A stretch of 62,976 nt of DNA, counting the filler, from Neolecta irregularis DAH-3 (Eukaryota): the NCBI GenBank assembly GCA_001929475.1. It is 8 parts of 8 records of this genome, joined end to end, with 100 filler letters (N's around TTAATTAATTAA, not from the genome) between each part and the next. Parts side by side here need not be neighbours in the genome. Positions count along the whole stretch, not along the records: positions 1 to 10,411 come from LXFE01000628.1; positions 10,512 to 14,460 come from LXFE01000629.1; 6 more parts are not named here. One strand, given 5' to 3'. Below the pieces are notes generated by a model that was not told the DNA's origin, ran no database searches, and worked only from the letters and a program-made list of their open reading frames with translations. The position numbers and the translations under genes are program-made. Below are positions 1 to 11,438 of the stretch, piece after piece (the first letter of the stretch is position 1; the number at the start of each line of letters is the position of its first letter).

Positions 1-652
1 GTAGTTACCTTCACTCAAAGTAGCTGCCGTCCTATCAACATACCAACCTAAGTCCACGAGCGACAACCAGGTGAACGCTCGCACTGTTCATCATTCTCAA
101 TAACAAGCTTGCCAAAACTACCTATTATTGCCAGTGAGAATTTGTTTTTTCCTGCTTCATAATCATCACTCGTCATACATGTCATATATACTTTTGATGT
201 GCAAATGTACTTGATACTACATCCCTATTTTATTCAAAATCCTATCATCTCATATTCTTGCTTACCCCGCTTCAAAGCATGTGGTACGAAAATGATATAG
301 CAATCTTTTGGAAGGTATTTTAAAGGGACCTCTTCCTTAGCTTTCCATTGGTCAGAGCCTAGATTTCTATAACCGACATGATTATTGCTGTTTCCTATAA
401 GTAGACCTGTAGGTGCATCCTTGTTGGACAGGTGAATAATGCGCAGCATTGAATGACGCTCTTGAGATTTGGACTTAATACACTTTGAAATTTGAAGAAA
501 GTATTGCAACCACCTCAGAACGCTACCTTACCGTTGCGAAATATTTGAAATTATGGTCCGACTATGAGGCTCGGAATATAATCTTGACGTGCAGAGAATT
601 AAAGTATAGTAAGGTTTAGATACTAATTCAATAGTCATTGGACAACTCTCTA

Positions 653-740
653 GCCGTTGTGGTGTAGTGGTTATCATAAATCGTTGTGGCCAGTTCACTT
701 CGGATCCGATTTGACCCCTGTTCGATTCAGGGCAACGGCA
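653..740 (+). tRNA. tRNA-His(GTG) with 16-nt intron (690-705)
   Basis: Acceptor stem GCCGTTG/CAACGGC, D-loop GTAGTGG, anticodon stem AATCG/CGATT around TT-GTG-G, intron after position 37, T-loop GTTCGATTC, T-rich terminator downstream. Confidence 0.93.
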
Positions 741-1057
741 TCATTTTCCCAGTCGGGAGGTGTTTTTGTCGCTCACATAAGATCGACATTAGCTACGCTC
801 TTAATTTAATTCATCACTGCGATGAACCAGAGAGGAAGATTTATGTCGCTATTTTTAATCGCTTAAAGAGTTTTTCAATAATTAATTTCTCGGACTCGCG
901 GCGATCTTCGTTTTTCTGTTCAGAACCGGTTATGGCTCTTTTAGCTTTCCGGTGCGACACCGTGAGCTGTCTGCCACGGCAATGCTCCACGTTGCAGTTT
1001 TTCCTTAGAAACTCTATATCAATCGCCAGAAGCTTTTCCTTTTCCTTCATCCTGATC

Positions 1058-2062
1058 ATGTCTCAAATCTCATTCTCTCCGCCTCTCGGTTCCAATACAC
1101 TCGTATTTTCCAAAAGACTCAAGTTCGTTGCGTTTACACCCCTCAATGACATTCAAATCGATCTATATAGCAACGTTAATGATCAGTCCAATTGGTCACC
1201 CAACCCCTTTAGCTCAGGGTCCAGTGGATCAATACCGGACTACTCGACACCCAACGTCGTATGGCATAAACACACACTTGACCTGAACCTTCCCGACGAT
1301 CGGGGAGACTTTGAATTTACGGCTCGTCACAAGCTAGCCAATACACACGAGATCTTCTGGAACGGATTTTTCACGAACGGTAGAATCACCCGAGATTGGA
1401 AAGGTCTTCTTCATGCACCGATACTCTCATATTTTACAATGATTGAGGGAATGTCGAGAGCAGAAGTCCATGCACGCATCCTCGCTCGGCTATTAGCCGG
1501 AATATCGGATACTGAGGATCTTGATCCGGCATCCTTGCAAGTATATAAAGACATTATTCATCGAGAAGAATTATCAGCGTTGGAGGATTCTGTTTCTGTG
1601 GATGAGTTTAAAGCGAGGTTCACATTAGTCGGCGATATTCTCGTCATACGAGGTCAAAACTCCATTGTCGGTCTATTCAATACATCAGACGATGAACAAG
1701 CCGTTTTGTTTACAGATAACTTGCTCTGTAAGACAGGAAGATCCTTATACTCGCGATTACTCCAATCTACTATCCATCTCCCAAGGTCTTTTGACAAAAT
1801 GATTACCCTTCCCGGATCCAGCTTTGAAGTTCTCACTGTTGTCGATGACAAGCCAGTTTTGGGTCACATTTTAAAGTGTCTCGGGTTCGTCGACAAAGTT
1901 TTTCTATTTTCGGGGATTGAAGAGCGGAACATGGTAGGCAACGAACTACATTTGCATATCAGTTCTACTGGCCGACTCGGTGCATTGCTTCTTATGATGT
2001 GTTATGCTAATCAAAAGGCTTTCAAGTCAACTCAAAGTTCAACTCAGACGACTATATTTTAA
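1058..2062 (+). CDS. Intronless hypothetical protein (334 aa); N-terminus loosely reminiscent of the N-terminal region of fungal Sip1/raffinose-synthase (GH36) proteins
   Basis: Long open frame. The ORF-track start at 686 is the tRNA anticodon, so the ATG at 1058 (MSQISFSPPLG...) is preferred. Similarity is from memory of the PPLG...FT.R.K...W pattern only. Confidence 0.55.
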   Translation: MSQISFSPPLGSNTLVFSKRLKFVAFTPLNDIQIDLYSNVNDQSNWSPNPFSSGSSGSIPDYSTPNVVWHKHTLDLNLPDDRGDFEFTARHKLANTHEIFWNGFFTNGRITRDWKGLLHAPILSYFTMIEGMSRAEVHARILARLLAGISDTEDLDPASLQVYKDIIHREELSALEDSVSVDEFKARFTLVGDILVIRGQNSIVGLFNTSDDEQAVLFTDNLLCKTGRSLYSRLLQSTIHLPRSFDKMITLPGSSFEVLTVVDDKPVLGHILKCLGFVDKVFLFSGIEERNMVGNELHLHISSTGRLGALLLMMCYANQKAFKSTQSSTQTTIF

Positions 2063-2640
2063 AGCTAGATGGTACAATCCTTCATGAGAAAGCCATAAAC
2101 CTAATCAATTTCACCTTTTTCATTGACATTGTCTCCCCAGGAACTCTTACAATAACAGAAAAACCACAACCAAAGCCAATAGTCACAACTTCACCCGCTT
2201 ATGGGTTTCTCATCATACTTCTTTTCGCTGGAATTGGAATTGGACTTGCGGTTGGAAAATACACCTTTGACCGAGACTAAGCTTATGATTTCGCGAATAA
2301 AATAATATTTGAAGGCATATCTGTTTTAGTAGAAATAATGACCATCCAGGTCTCTTCCAGTCGAAGTTGTATAAATTCACAACCCGGTTGGACAATAATT
2401 ATCAAACAACATCCAGAGAGTATTTCCATCGAGACGACTAGAGTAGGTACATGAATAAAAGGTCTAAAATTATATTTCTAGCGTTTTCTGCGAAAATCGT
2501 GTTCAGGACGGGGGTCTTGAAGATTCCTCCGGCACATCGGTTTGGATATGTATCGGAAACCCTGTCAAAATTTCATAAAACTAGATAAAGCGATTCGTAT
2601 GCAAGGTTCTACTGAGGCCTCCTACTCTCAACAATCATTT

Positions 2641-3427
2641 ATGAGAGAATGTTTCTTATTCGCCCATAGCTGGCGTTCCCCTCAGACATTTGCCACAACA
2701 ACCTTGACATTCCCCCTTTTCACTGATTTTTTTCTGTACAGCATTATCGTCCCGTTTCTTCCGTTTGTACTGCGCTCACGGCTGTGATTGGAAGAAGAAA
2801 AATGTCAAATCGCGATATCAACCCTGCTCGCAACATATGCAGGTGCTACAGTTGCAGGATCCCCTTTCGTTAGCTACCTTTGTCGCTGCTTTAAGAGTCG
2901 TTCCAGGCCCCTATTATTCGGAATCTTGTTAATATTTGGATCAACCCTCTTGCGATGTCTTGGCAAAACACGTACTGACTTTCAGCTTATTTTTTCAAGC
3001 CTTAAAGATAGTATGGCAATTCATTGTATCTCGAATGATACAGGGTCTTGCGATTGCTATCATCTGGGTTATGAGTCTGGGAATTCTTGGCGTCACCGTA
3101 CCCATTGAGATGATATTGTTGGGGAAATATAAGATATTGGTAGGACTGTTGGCTATGGTATACACATCTCTCTGGGTTGCTCAATATGTTTTTCTGCGCT
3201 GGCCTGTTGATCGGTCCCTTGGTCACTGGTCCAATAAAGGTTCATTTTGGCTACGGGGATCAAAATTTGCTACTTGGTATGTGACGTATTATTTGAAAAT
3301 TTACAGATTAGGATGCTTAAGTTTTGTGGTAGGCATAATTACTCTGTTTTTTATGGACGGATGGGTCGGGGGAACTAGTCTGAGAGCAAAGAACATTAAA
3401 AGAGGTTCTGCACAGGAGAAGGTATAA
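2641..3427 (+). pseudogene. Degraded MFS (vesicular amine transporter-like) permease
   Basis: WRS..TF...FTDFFLYSIIVPFLPFVL followed by an in-frame TGA (2785-2787), then Q..ISTLLATYAGATVAGSP and FIVSRMIQGLA; similarity decays after about TM4-5. Confidence 0.65.
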
Positions 3428-4306
3428 ATAAGTCAAAATTTCAAAAAGACAAAGTTGGGCTAACCTGGACGAATGTTCCAGTATCTTAGATAAAAATGTT
3501 TGTGATACAATTAGTTCTGCCTAAATTATTTGTTGAGTAATCCTTGAACGGAGATACCCTAAGTGATGGCGACTTCATTGGCTTCCAATTCTCCTGACTA
3601 AAGAGGCAGAAAAGTAAGATATACTCCTTTCTCGCATTTTGCTTGGCTCATGATTTAATTGTCACAAAACTTTGCCAACCCAAACCTCTTCTCCGGACAG
3701 ATAACCAGGAGATAATATGAGATATAAAGGCTGCATTGCGCGGCGCTTTTTCATTCTCCAGCCTACGTCTTTCATTATGGTTCGTCATTTCAATATTGTT
3801 CTTCTCGGTTTGTGTCTTACCATGGCAATGCCATTACCTCTGGACAACTCGGATAATAGTACGAGAAGAGCCATCTATTAAAGCTTTATACTGACTTTGT
3901 TAGGAAGCCATCAGCGACGTAATCATATCTTCCTCTTCACGGCGTAATCATCACTGACTGTTCGTAGGTGGTTTGTGTACAAATGATACCGATTTGGGGT
4001 GTTTTGTGGGTCGCTCAAATCTACATCAGCTGCTTCAAGGACGTCGCTAAGAATTGCTATGGAAGATGAACTGTTATTGTCCAAAGATGGTGGTGTGATA
4101 TACTTGTCGTTAGTGTTGTAGATAATATGTCACAACGATTAGGAAGCCGATCTTTCTACTCCTGCATAGTTTTAAATTCTTTAGTTTTTTGATTCCTTTA
4201 TTTAATCATTTGAATAAGAAGACCTCGGTTAACAGTTTAGGGTGTTCGAGTACAACCATTTGACAAAGCAAACTGCAATTTTGAGAGGTTCACGGTAATG
4301 TTCTGC

Positions 4307-4878
4307 CTGTGTTGTGGACGGGCCATAGGCTTAGCCCGGCCCATGAAAAGCCCGCGGGCCGGGCCCAGAAAAAAGCCCGGCCCACCGGCCTAGACGGGAA
4401 TTTTCACGTGATATGAGATAATACTATTTAGGGAAGCCCTTCCAATCCATCAGTCTACCCGCCTTGCTTGCCCGTCTCGCCTGCCTCTCCCATCTCTCAC
4501 GCCTCTCCCCGCGCATCTCGCGAGCTTCTCCCGCCTCACTTGACTCACTCGCTTCGCCCGCCCGCCCGCCTCTCCTGACCCGCCCGTCCCTCCCACCTCA
4601 CGCTCCTGTCTCGCCCGTTTGGCCTGTTTTTCCCACCTGTCTTGCCCACCTTGCCCACCCGCCTGTCAGTTCCCTTGCCAATATTTAGATAGATATAAAG
4701 AATTATATATATAATATAGCAATTTATACTTGAATTTTAACATATTCCTGCCCCCTGCCCATCTTTGCCCTGCGTGCCATCACCCAAATTGGTTGTCGCA
4801 TGTTAGGCCCGGTCCGCTCCATGGGCCGGGCCGGACCCTCAGAAAAGCCTATGGGCTTTGGGCCCGTCCACAACACTG
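4307..4878. mobile_element. Non-autonomous hAT-like element (family A), full length
   Basis: Terminal inverted repeats CTGTGTTGTGGACGGGCC / GGCCCGTCCACAACACTG, many subterminal GGCCC motifs, C-rich low-complexity core, no ORF. Confidence 0.75.
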
Positions 4879-4929
4879 TGTCTTAACTTTCATTATGCTT
4901 GATGTCAATCTATTAAAATAAAGATTAAA

Positions 4930-5066
4930 AATGATCAATAGGTCCAATCAACCTGGCCCTGATGGATTGATTAATTGAATAAGATTTTAGGATTGATTGA
5001 TTGATTGATTATGTAATCAATCAATCAATCCCCGATTGACAATCCGATTGATTGATGGACACACTG
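4930..5066 (-). mobile_element. End of hAT-like element with (GATT)n subterminal repeats (family C)
   Basis: Ends GGACACACTG (reverse complement CAGTGTGTCC); contains (GATT)5-ATGT-(AATC)4 palindrome at 4991-5030. Confidence 0.55.
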
Positions 5067-5282
5067 GTCTCACTAGAACACTCAAAATACTAAACAAGGA
5101 ACTTGATCTTCAATTACAAGGATCAAATGAAGCCAGAATAAAGGAGAATTTGCTCCCAAGTCAAGGCCTGTGCTCTGCTAGTGGCTCCGCCCCAGCCAAT
5201 TGAATGGCAGGAACACTAGTATAAATACCTGTTCTATGAACGTTGCCTTGTTGCCCCCAAATTTGACTTGCGCTTTATTTGC

Positions 5283-5581
5283 TTGTCGTAAAGAAATGCT
5301 AAACTGAGGACTTTCGCCTAAATCGGGACTCCTCACTCAAGCTGCTTCCTCCCCTCGACCTCGGCGGTTTTTATTATCACAAATCTCACTTACAATTCAC
5401 TACCCTATCTACTTTGGCACGATTAACGTCGGTTTGTCGTAAAGAAATGCTAAGCTGAAGAATTTCGCCTAATACGACGCCATCGGGACTCCTCATTCAA
5501 GCTCCCTCCTCCCCTCTTCCCCCACGATTTTTACTATCACCAATCTCATTTACAATTCACTATCCTATCTATTTTGGCATG
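5283..5581 (+). repeat. Diverged tandem duplication, about 150-bp unit
   Basis: TTGTCGTAAAGAAATGCTAA...TTACAATTCACTA.CCTATCTA.TTTGGCA occurs at 5283-5421 and 5434-5581. Confidence 0.9.
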
Positions 5582-6110
5582 GGTCTGCTTCCGACGCCGG
5601 TCCTCTGTCTTCTTAAGAGTATCTTCGTACCGGGATTATGGGGCGTGCTGACGAGTCACCGCATGTAAACGGGGCTTAGCTTAGCTTTTCCTTTTTTTCC
5701 TACAGCGTGTACTGGAAAGAAGTATGTTGGGTTCTACAAGCATATAAAATAGTCTTCTGCCCCTCTATATAGCATATAAAGTACAAAGAATAACAGAGAA
5801 ACCAACAAGAACAACCCTCAGAACACCATTCATGACCAGACTTGCTAATAAGTAAGTCTTTCAAGTCAAACTTGCTTGCCTACTAGATGTATATAGAATA
5901 TCTAGTCTAAGTGCTGTCACTGTTTAATTTTCTTCCAACGTGTAGGATGTGCTCTGCAGGAGTCTTTACCTAGACCAGTTTTTCCATTTCTTAGATAGAG
6001 GAATATAACCTGCCCCCGTTTCTTTTTTCTAAACATCAAAGGCAGACAGAATCCAAGCCTTTTCAGAGAATAGCAACCTGTGTGTGTCAAACATTAATGT
6101 TTTATCAGCT

Positions 6111-6366
6111 TGTCACACGAAAATGGTACACGTAGTATTTTGCGGTTTTCTGATAGGTTTTTCTATTATTATACGCTCCCTTGGTTTACTACAGTGACAT
6201 GGCTCATACTTGTAAATCTATAAGTAGTCCTGTACCTGCACATTTGTAAGACGGATGGATAATGCTCTATTCATCCCGCTAAGAATCAAAAAACCGTTTT
6301 CCTCTTTTTCCTTTATGCTTCCAGAATCCTAAAACCTCAAAGGCTCTACATAACCTGTGTGTGACA
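6111..6366 (+). mobile_element. Solo LTR (family L1)
   Basis: TGTCACAC...GTGTGACA termini flanked by AGCT on both sides; homologous copies at 20428-20675 and 62856-end. Confidence 0.75.
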
Positions 6367-6414
6367 AGCTCCTATCGAGGTGCATCCCATCATGATAGTC
6401 ACATGATATGCCTT

Positions 6415-6485
6415 GACTGGCCCATGAACCGGGCCTGACCCTCAGAAAAGTCCATGGGCCGGGTTTTGGTCCATCCGCAACAGAG
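6415..6485. mobile_element. Fragment of family A hAT-like element right end
   Basis: CCATG..CCGGGCC.GACCCTCAGAAAAG.C.ATGGGC matches 4819-4878. Confidence 0.65.
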
Positions 6486-6560
6486 TTTTATTCAGAGTCA
6501 ATATAGATGCAAGTGATACTAAACAAAATAAAACAGGATAAGAAACAATTTCAAAGCTAC

Positions 6561-9261
6561 CTACCAAGAACTGGGCCCAAAATGTCCCCCTGGTGGAACT
6601 TTATCCAATGGTGTACCGTTTGCATCAGCAGTATTGGCTGCAACAGTATTTCCCCACCAACTCGGAAAGTTAATCTGCGTCATATCGAAACAAAAGAAGA
6701 GGAAAATCGTCGATAGAGCTAAAGAACAGTCGAGTGCTGCAGAAAGGATATAGTTGTACTTCGTTATCAGAATTACAAATGAAGATCAAGATTTACCTTG
6801 GACCACCATTGAAAGTATTTGTGTCGAATCAAATAGTTGAATATAAATCCTACCGCAGCCCAGGAAACCTGCATTTTGTGAGCTTGAATTCTGGTCATCA
6901 TGGAAATGTTTTACATAATTGATTGCTGTCGCGGGTGGAATCATCCCGATACCACCAAAGAATAGCGGAGTATTGACATACTTGAACCAACGGTTTGGAT
7001 ATCGTTTTTGCAGAAAATAAACCGGTATAGGAAGCAGGGCACCCAGTAGAAAAAACCAGAGCTGCGAATAATAAATCTGGCCATAACTGAAAAGCCTTTT
7101 CGGACCAACAACTCCCCAGATAATACTTGCGTTAAAGAAAACGGTTGCCCCTGGACAATTGAAATTGTTTGTTGCATCATTCGTACACACTCCGGAGATA
7201 TTTGCGAGTGACCAGTCCAGCACACCGACTTGAACTATTGCGCCTACTATTGTCGCGATTGTTTGCGTCCAGAATAGGGTGCGTGGAGGAATCTTCATGT
7301 AGTGACCCATTTTGAGATCCTGTACAAATGATAGGCCTTGGTTCATTGTCATATAGCCATAACATTTAAACATAACGTTTGCGAGAGGACGACCTGGAAG
7401 CATGTATCCGCAAATGAACTCTGTGAGAACATTCAATCCAATCTGGGTGTTTGTTATGCCCTGGACCAGACCGATCGGAACGAAGAAAACGAGAGGAAGA
7501 AGCTCGCAGATTAGGAATGCCCACCATGGAAAATGTGTATCCCAGGCGTGGCATACGATGATTGATATCGCAAACATCGTTACACCAATTGTCCAATACC
7601 ACCAGTCAGGGCTACGAATTAGCAGTAAGCAAAAGGGAGATTAGACGTGTCTGGGTATTGTTCCATGAGCTTCATGTGGATATCTCGTTCAAAATTTCGG
7701 GCTTTCTTGAATTGTTCGACGATCTCATGTCGATAGTTAAGATACACGTATACGAGAACTGAAGTCATGGACGCAAAAGATAAGCCATATCCTAGTGCAA
7801 AAGTTGTTGGGAGGAAAATTGGACTATATGTCTTGTACTTTTCAATGTCCAGGGTGAATTCTTTAGTCAAGATTTGAGAAACGTTGTAAATATGCTCATC
7901 AATGAGTCGTGGCTTGATCGTGCGACTTACCCCCGTATTATCATAGCTTCGTGAGCTGCTAATTGGCATGTACCGACCTTGCCAAACGTTGGTATAATGA
8001 AGGATCGGAGAAACTAGCCAGATCCAAAATATAAGTGATGCAAGAATATTAGCTTCAGCCCACCACGGTGTGGGAAGAGGCGACAAGACAAATCCCGTTA
8101 CCTGAGTCCAATCAAGAGTAAGTGGGATGAAGTCCAGCCCGTGGGTCGCTCCAAAAAGTTCATTTATCACGACATTTTTGGGAGCAATCCAGGTGACGAA
8201 TGCCAATGTGGATAGCCCGGTGAAAATGTAGCCGGGAAAGAAGTACCAAAAGAAACCACCAATGGAAACATATAGGAAGAATCGATATCGCGTTATTTTC
8301 CAACCATCTGCAACGTGCTGAATGGTTACGATGTATGTAAGAAGAAAAGGTTACGTTTAGGTTGGTGTGGAGAGTTTGAAACAGCGTAGTGTTGACAAGA
8401 ACGGATGGCCAGATGACTGCTGCAGGCCAAACTAAAAACCTCCTCGATATACCAGCCAGAGAATATCCGAGAACTTGAGTTGATATAACAAGCAGCAAAT
8501 CAAATGCTGCACCAAAATGTTGACCGTAGAAGGCTCGTTGAGCTAGTAGGATGTCTGTAGCGTATGCCGCTCCCCCGCCAAATGACACGTTTGCCATGAT
8601 AGTTATAACAACATGTTCTATTCAATTAAGAGGGAATATTCGAGAATATACCTTTGAGGTTGAAAGGACATGGGTTAAGTGACCATCTAATCCCAAAAGT
8701 GTTGAAAACTCTAGACGGCAGGCATCTTGCCCAGATTTTTCCAACAGGAAACGCAATTAATTGAGCTATAAGTGATGTGAGAGTAATTGATGGACTTCGC
8801 ATTGAAAAGAGCTAGGAAATTAATTATATGAGCTGTCCTTCCACAGTCTATACCATGTTCATTCCGGATCCCAAAATAGTGAAGGTCAATCCAATAACCC
8901 ACATTCGAATAGTATTGACTGGGAGAGATGGATCGTCAACATTTGAGACTGCTGCTTGGACCTGTAATCTGTTCATAGACAGAGAGAGATGATGACCACC
9001 TCGGGATATGGACTTTCATCCAAGATCTCTTCTAGTATTTCCTTTTCTTTGCTAGATATTTTCCCTTTTTCAATATCTTCTACCTTGTGAAGTAAACCAT
9101 CTGGAAGGTTTGGATCGTGCTGAATTGTAAGCATTGGAGGTAAGTGATCCACGAGCTTTATGTGCTTTCACAAAATTTACAATCTCGTTACCAGGTTTGT
9201 CGAATTCCGGGAGGTGTTTCTGTTTTTCGTCCTGGGATAGATTCGAAATCTCTTGATCCAT
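6561..9261 (-). CDS. OPT-family oligopeptide transporter (isp4/OPT-like), multi-exon
   Basis: SPYPEV.AAV, NLKEH, DWTQVTG...SPLPTPWWA and QDLKMGHYMKIPPR motifs; C-terminus HFGPSSW*. Confidence 0.93.
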
Positions 9262-10143
9262 CGATATCAAATCCTTTTGTGACACAATTGAAGGTATAGA
9301 TCGAAAAACTCGTTTGTTGAGGAAGCGAGGCTAAGGCAATATATACATCATCAATGAGTAGATACTAGACACAAAGAAAAGGGTAAGGGAATGACTAACA
9401 CAAGAGTGGCTTGAAAATATAAGAGCAATCAAGAATTAAGCAAATAAGGCGATGGGACGGTCATGCCTGGCTTTGGTTCTTGCAAATATAAACTGACAAT
9501 GATTCCATTGGAGTCCTGTACAACTCGAGCTAAAAAAACATATTCGCCTTGTCGCAGTTACTCGAGGACTTACGTTTTACAAAGTCGCTCCCCGTGACCA
9601 CCATTGTCACTCAAGGTTCCTCTTTCGCTCCAAGCTAGTTAAACCTCAAAATCTATCGCCTTATTAGGGCTGATTGTGCAATAATATTGAAATAGAAAAA
9701 TTATAAGCAGTCCTTTTATCAATAAGATAAGTAATCCGCTATCCTTTCTGTTGTTGTTGCTCTCTTTGAGTTCGACTTTGCCGTGGTTATAAGAGATACC
9801 TGGACCTCTTTGTTAGAATGGGGTAAAACCCTCTCTTTTGGGGTAGTGAACCATATTCCTTAAATTTCGCAATTAAGAGTAGTATATGTACAAGTCTTTG
9901 AAAAGAAGCATTCTCGTCTCCGACACAAATATGTAGGTAGAATTTATAGCAAGGCAGCTTTATTTCTATGCAAATGAGGGAAACTGCCACCAGAGGAGAC
10001 AGCTTATAGGAAGCAAGTGATTGTAGACCAAGTTGATATTTTTCTATAGACAAAAATGATCAGGACATCTATATTCTAACTTTTACCTATTTACACAATC
10101 CGTGCCAACCCAAAACCCAAAACGCCGGTGAAGAGAAGCGATC

Positions 10144-10411
10144 CTAAAAGACGCCGGAAACCTTGGCTTCGGAGATGCGGTCTTCCCAGATTTTGCGGAT
10201 GTCTGATCGCAAGCGGCGGATGTTTTCTATTTCGAGTTCCGAGCTCCAGCCGCTCTCTACGAGTCTCTGTTCAGTAGCGTGGAAGGCGGCGTCCTCGACG
10301 TTCATCTGGGCGATGATGTCTTCCATCGACATGTATTTTTCGTGGTGCTCGAGGGGCAGCAGGAGGGCAGAGTCTGTGGCGAGGGGCGGGGGGGCGAGGG
10401 GACTGGTGGGG
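10144..10411 (-). CDS. 3' fragment of a hypothetical protein, truncated by assembly gap
   Basis: Frame is open from the gap to the stop at 10144 (...MEDIIAQMNVEDAAFHATEQRLVESGWSSELEIENIRRLR...). Confidence 0.5.
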
Positions 10412-10511
10412 NNNNNNNNNNNNNNNNNNNNNNNNNNNNNNNNNNNNNNNNNNNNTTAATTAATTAANNNNNNNNNNNNNNNNNNNNNNNNNNNNNNNNN
10501 NNNNNNNNNNN
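10412..10511. other. Artificial scaffold linker N44-TTAATTAATTAA-N44 (also 14461-14560, 19186-19285, 34377-34476, 49149-49248, 50579-50678, 58353-58452)
   Basis: Identical 100-nt spacer with stop codons in all six frames, repeated seven times. Confidence 0.97.
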
Positions 10512-11438
10512 CCCCCCCCCCCCCAAATGTTGTGTAAACCTACGATATCATGAGAATGTATAACAGAATAGGAGCGTATTGATAGCGCAGGGCACTAGTG
10601 ATAGGATCTTTGTCGAACTACCCTTTTGTAGCTTTTGGTTCCATTTACGATCAACTGGAAGAAATTACATTCTGCGCCCCAAAGAGCAGCGACTTCTACG
10701 GAGCAAATATCAGCAATTGTAGCGAAAAACTATATTTTCCTCCAGGTTTTAACTCGTCTTATTTTTCAAGTTACTATGAGCAACGCCTCGAGACAACCCT
10801 CTCTACTGGATACCCCTACTTTTCCCTCAATCCCAGTTTGGATATCGTTGCCGTTTCGTCCATGCTACTTCGTGTAGCTGCCTTTTGTTAAACGTTCATT
10901 TACCTACAATAGTCATTAAAGTTGGCTATCTCATAAGAGAACATATGCAACGTGGTATTCAACCCAATTGGTCACTTGATGCATATATCCAATGATTCAA
11001 TGTCTTTCTATGATACTTGAAAAAGATAAGGTGTGTGATTTTCTCAAAGTTAGTAGAGTTTCTAAAGAGTGACGGTCTCAAGCACAGCAGCATGACTTGA
11101 TGTAAGATAATGTAGAGGCTAAGAAAGCCTCTTTACATTAATCGAAGTCGTGATGAATAGTATTAATGTCGTGGATGCGATATATCATGGTATCTTTTAC
11201 CTCATGGAACCTCTAGAGATACGATAACCGTTGGACAAATATTAAAACACACCTCTGAAAATTCTGGATTCCTAACATTAATGCCTGAAGAAAGTTTTAC
11301 TAGCTAAGCCCAGGAGGCCATTGCATGCAAACAAGAATCTATTGATAGACATGGAAATTCAAGAAACATGGGAAGAAACAGTCAAATCTTCTAGTCTGTT
11401 CTACAGAAACTCCATAGAAAGAAATCGCCACAGCTTGA

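Noticed and set aside
234-509. 91-aa minus ORF at the window start and other short ORFs (10598-10891, 39611-39802, 62478-62708)
   Set aside because: No recognisable motifs, mostly non-ATG starts; cannot be supported
686-1057. N-terminal 124 codons of the 458-aa ORF
   Set aside because: The GTG start is the tRNA-His anticodon and the extension overlaps the tRNA gene; ATG 1058 is preferred
2785-2787. In-frame TGA as selenocysteine or read-through
   Set aside because: Lies in a loop position of a clearly decaying MFS gene; I noticed no SECIS-like structure or Sec tRNA
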